A stretch of DNA of 52,840 nt. It comes from Lentisphaeria bacterium. Lineage in GTDB: Bacteria; Verrucomicrobiota; Lentisphaeria; JABSQK01; JAWLHB01. Below, in pieces: positions 50,294 through 52,840 of the stretch. The translations under genes were made by a program, and so were the position numbers. The stretch's first letter is position 1. Each line of letters begins with the position of its first letter. The stretch spans positions 186,001 to 238,840 of the forward strand of contig JAWLHB010000008.1 of NCBI GenBank assembly GCA_041690595.1, in the 5' to 3' direction. The notes beneath the pieces are model-generated. The model was given only the letters and a program-made list of their open reading frames with translations, did no database searches and was not told the DNA's origin.

Positions 50294-51535
50294 TCATCTC
50301 AGGCTGTGCAGGATCGACGTGGCGCGTTGCTCGATGATATCGGCCACTCGTTTGGACATGGATTCATCCCCGGTTGCTTGATGGAGGTCAGGCTTGGCCA
50401 GCTCAACCCGCACCGCTTGAGCCTGGTTCACAATGCGTTCACGCACCATGGGCCAGCCAAGGCCGGTGTCCTGAGCCATCTTCCGCCAATGTGCGGAGGT
50501 GATCGTTTCGATGGAGTCGGACTTGCCGATCTTCATGGCCGGAGCTTTCGACAACTCGGGCCAGGCCAAGGTGCAAACGAGATCGTAGAACGGGGCGAGC
50601 CGGCGTTCGCCTTGGCGGTAGAGCAGCGAGTAATTCTTGCCGTGGGCGTCGGCATTCCCGATCAGCACGTTGAAGATCAGTCCGTCCAGGAAATCGCGAA
50701 TGTCGAGCACTGGGGCGGTGGACCATTCCCGGAGCATGGCGATGCAATCGCGCAGCAGGGGGCCGCCCTCCTGCTGGTATTTCTGCTCGGGAGGGAATCC
50801 CATGGCTTGGCAGAAATCCTCTTGGTGCAACCGCCGCACGGTGTTGGGTTCGACTTCCCGATCGTAGCGCTGGACGACGATGCATGGCCTGTCGCCGAGC
50901 GTACGGGTCGACACGTGGGGCACCGTCAGCCCGACCGCCTTCGCCAGCGTCATGCAGAGGAGTTCCACCGCGACGAGGCCGGGGAAATGCTGGGGTTCCG
51001 GTTTGATGATGTGGGTGCTCGGGGTGCTGCCCAAGGGCAGGAAGATGGCGGTACCCTCGATGACCACGGGCAGCTTGCCCTGTGCCCCGGCCAGTGACAG
51101 GCGTACCCCTTCACGCCCGGCCAGCAACGGACGGCGCGGCAGTTCGGCAACAATCTCGCGAAGCTCGGACTCGTCGAGTTGCCGCAGCCGCCGTTCGCCG
51201 GCGCCCGGGAACGGCATACCTTCCGGCAAGAGGCTGACGGCCCCGGCGCATTCACCACCGATCCGCTCCAGCATGGCGAAATCGTTGCGTTCGCTGACGC
51301 CGAGGATGGCCGCCACCTGCCGGCGAGGGCCCTCATCGGGCAGGATGCCGGCGAAGAAGGGTCGGGCATGCTTCCCGTGGAACGGTTCCTCGCGCAAGGG
51401 GAGCGAGCGTGACAGCGGAACCGCGCCTGGTTGGCTCAGCCACTCGGGGAGGTAGGAGAAACCCAGCAGGCCGCTGGCATCCTGGGTGAGGGCGCCTGCG
51501 GCCTTGCCTTTCAGGTAGACGATCAACCGCTTCAC
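50294..51535 (-). CDS. hipA: Type II TA HipA-family kinase toxin
   Basis: LSRSLPL, SLAGAQGK, STHIIKP, LHQEDFCQA, GNADAHGKN, LAPFYD. Confidence 0.95.
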   Translation of the reverse strand: MKRLIVYLKGKAAGALTQDASGLLGFSYLPEWLSQPGAVPLSRSLPLREEPFHGKHARPFFAGILPDEGPRRQVAAILGVSERNDFAMLERIGGECAGAVSLLPEGMPFPGAGERRLRQLDESELREIVAELPRRPLLAGREGVRLSLAGAQGKLPVVIEGTAIFLPLGSTPSTHIIKPEPQHFPGLVAVELLCMTLAKAVGLTVPHVSTRTLGDRPCIVVQRYDREVEPNTVRRLHQEDFCQAMGFPPEQKYQQEGGPLLRDCIAMLREWSTAPVLDIRDFLDGLIFNVLIGNADAHGKNYSLLYRQGERRLAPFYDLVCTLAWPELSKAPAMKIGKSDSIETITSAHWRKMAQDTGLGWPMVRERIVNQAQAVRVELAKPDLHQATGDESMSKRVADIIEQRATSILHSLR

Positions 51536-51768
51536 GGCACCGACCCATTCGTCTGATCACCGCGACCGACGGCTTGGAGTTCCAGGCCGAGCGCCTGCAA
51601 CACCTGCAGTGTCTTGCCCAGTTGGCAGGTGGACTTGCCCTTTTCCAGGTCGACAATGAACCTCAGCCCGGTGCCGCACGTCATGGCCAGGTCCTTCTGG
51701 GTGACCCCGAGTTCCTGCCGTCGCGCTCGCACCGCGGTGCCGATTTGCTCTGTGGTTGTGATCTTCAT
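51532..51768 (-). CDS. hipB: HipB-like XRE HTH antitoxin (y4mF type)
   Basis: RRQELGVTQKDLAMTCGTGLRFIVDLEKGK; overlaps the hipA GTG. Confidence 0.9.
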   Translation of the reverse strand: MKITTTEQIGTAVRARRQELGVTQKDLAMTCGTGLRFIVDLEKGKSTCQLGKTLQVLQALGLELQAVGRGDQTNGSVP

Positions 51769-51770
51769 GG

Positions 51771-51833
51771 TTACCGATCGGTAATATCGCACGGCAATCT
51801 GGCGAAGTCAAGCCAAAGGTTCCCGTTCGGGAA
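51771..51833 (-). promoter_or_regulatory. hipBA promoter TTGACT-N17-GATATT with two palindromic operators
   Basis: TTACCGATCGGTAA (51771-51784, perfect) and TTCCCGTTCGGGAA (51820-51833). Confidence 0.8.
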
Positions 51834-52015
51834 TATCTGCCATTTCTGGCCTGTGAAAGGCCTGGGATGGAGTCGGACAAGTGTCGGGGACCGATGGGGT
51901 GGCGAGGGGATATGAGGGGAGCCAAGCGTCGGGGAGTGGCAATGTCCAACGCCGGGGCCACTCAGGCGAGTGGCGTGCCCAGGGTGGCCTTTGGCCTTGA
52001 GAATGTCACGTAGGT

Positions 52016-52567
52016 TCACTCTTCGGATACGAGGCCTTGCTCAACAGCAAAGCGCTCCAATCGCATAAAAATATCCTCGGATGCCTCAAGCAAGTTAGTG
52101 GTGAGTTGACTGAGTCGGTCTTCGTGAGGTGGCTGGACGTCCTCCTTCCATTCATGCGAATACCACGATTCTTGCTCGGCGCATAGCTTGCCTGCTTCAT
52201 CGAGCCATATCAGGAGGTCACCTCGACCAAGAGCAACAAGACCGTCTGTGGCAATCTTACAAAGCTCTGGTGATTTCATTTCAAAAAAGAGCTGAGCGGC
52301 ACCTCTGTTGAGATCGGAGAACAATGACGCAACCGCGTAGTAGGTGACCTCAGAACGGCTGAGCGTGGTGAATCCGTGTGCGGCTGCGTGGTCACGCACA
52401 CGCCGAAACAGACAAGGAAAGGGATCGACCTGCTCCATTTCCCGTTGGATGCGGGCGGCTTCAAGGGAGTGACGGGTTCCGTTCATGCACGGAGCACAGA
52501 GCCCCCCATTGCGTGAAGCAGTATCCTGCAATATCGATGTTCCGCATTCTCTGCATGTGACTTTCAT
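52016..52567 (-). CDS. Hypothetical protein with N-terminal CxxC-x13-CxxC Zn ribbon and DUF4375/DMP19-like domain
   Basis: CRECG..ILQDTA..NGGLCAPC; SDLNRGAAQLFF resembles the EVxNGGFxQFF motif. Lower GC than neighbours. Confidence 0.55.
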   Translation of the reverse strand: MKVTCRECGTSILQDTASRNGGLCAPCMNGTRHSLEAARIQREMEQVDPFPCLFRRVRDHAAAHGFTTLSRSEVTYYAVASLFSDLNRGAAQLFFEMKSPELCKIATDGLVALGRGDLLIWLDEAGKLCAEQESWYSHEWKEDVQPPHEDRLSQLTTNLLEASEDIFMRLERFAVEQGLVSEE

Positions 52568-52840
52568 GGTGGCATTTTAACTCTGCCGAACTTGTGATGC
52601 AAACTCAACGGTCTGGAGATTGAGCGGGTGAATGACCTTCTTTGACGCCTCCGGGGGTACTGGTGGTGCACGTGAGGTGACCGATGACACTCGGGCGAGA
52701 GAGATGCGGTGGACGCAACCCCTTATGGTATTTGATTATTGATTTGGACGGATAGCCTCAAGTTCATCGCGAATGCCCGCGGCGGTCTGGTTGGAGCCGC
52801 TGGCGACCGCCCGCCGAGATGGCCGACGACCTGGCGCCCG

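Noticed and set aside
52720..52840. Possible 3' end of a minus-strand gene at the window edge
   Set aside because: Too short to fix the frame or family.

Overview
GC-rich accessory region of a bacterium, inferred to be PVC superphylum (Lentisphaerota-like) from its R/H-FTLIELL prepilin-like genes. About 1-39 kb is dominated by three copies of one cassette: a GntR-HTH/LacI-sensor regulator, translationally coupled to a non-canonical prepilin-like (DUF1559/H-X9-DG-type) gene, followed by very large secreted putative glycan-degrading proteins. Downstream of these lie lectin-like proteins, URO-D-fold proteins, sulfatases, an oxidoreductase and glycosidase-like genes. Together this resembles a pseudopilin-led polysaccharide utilisation locus without SusC/D. 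A copAB plus APC permease insert and several deletion scars interrupt it. About 39-53 kb holds an AbiEi/AbiEii TA module bracketed by an exact 139-bp direct repeat of the xylR-like gene's 3' end, an ArsR operon, an FAD oxidoreductase, a complete IS4 element (IRs, 12-bp TSD, probable +1 frameshift) in a 9-bp tandem repeat, a soluble hybrid histidine kinase, a hipBA pair with palindromic operators, and several gene remnants. No rRNA, tRNA or CRISPR array was seen. All family calls rest on motif recognition by eye, not on database searches.
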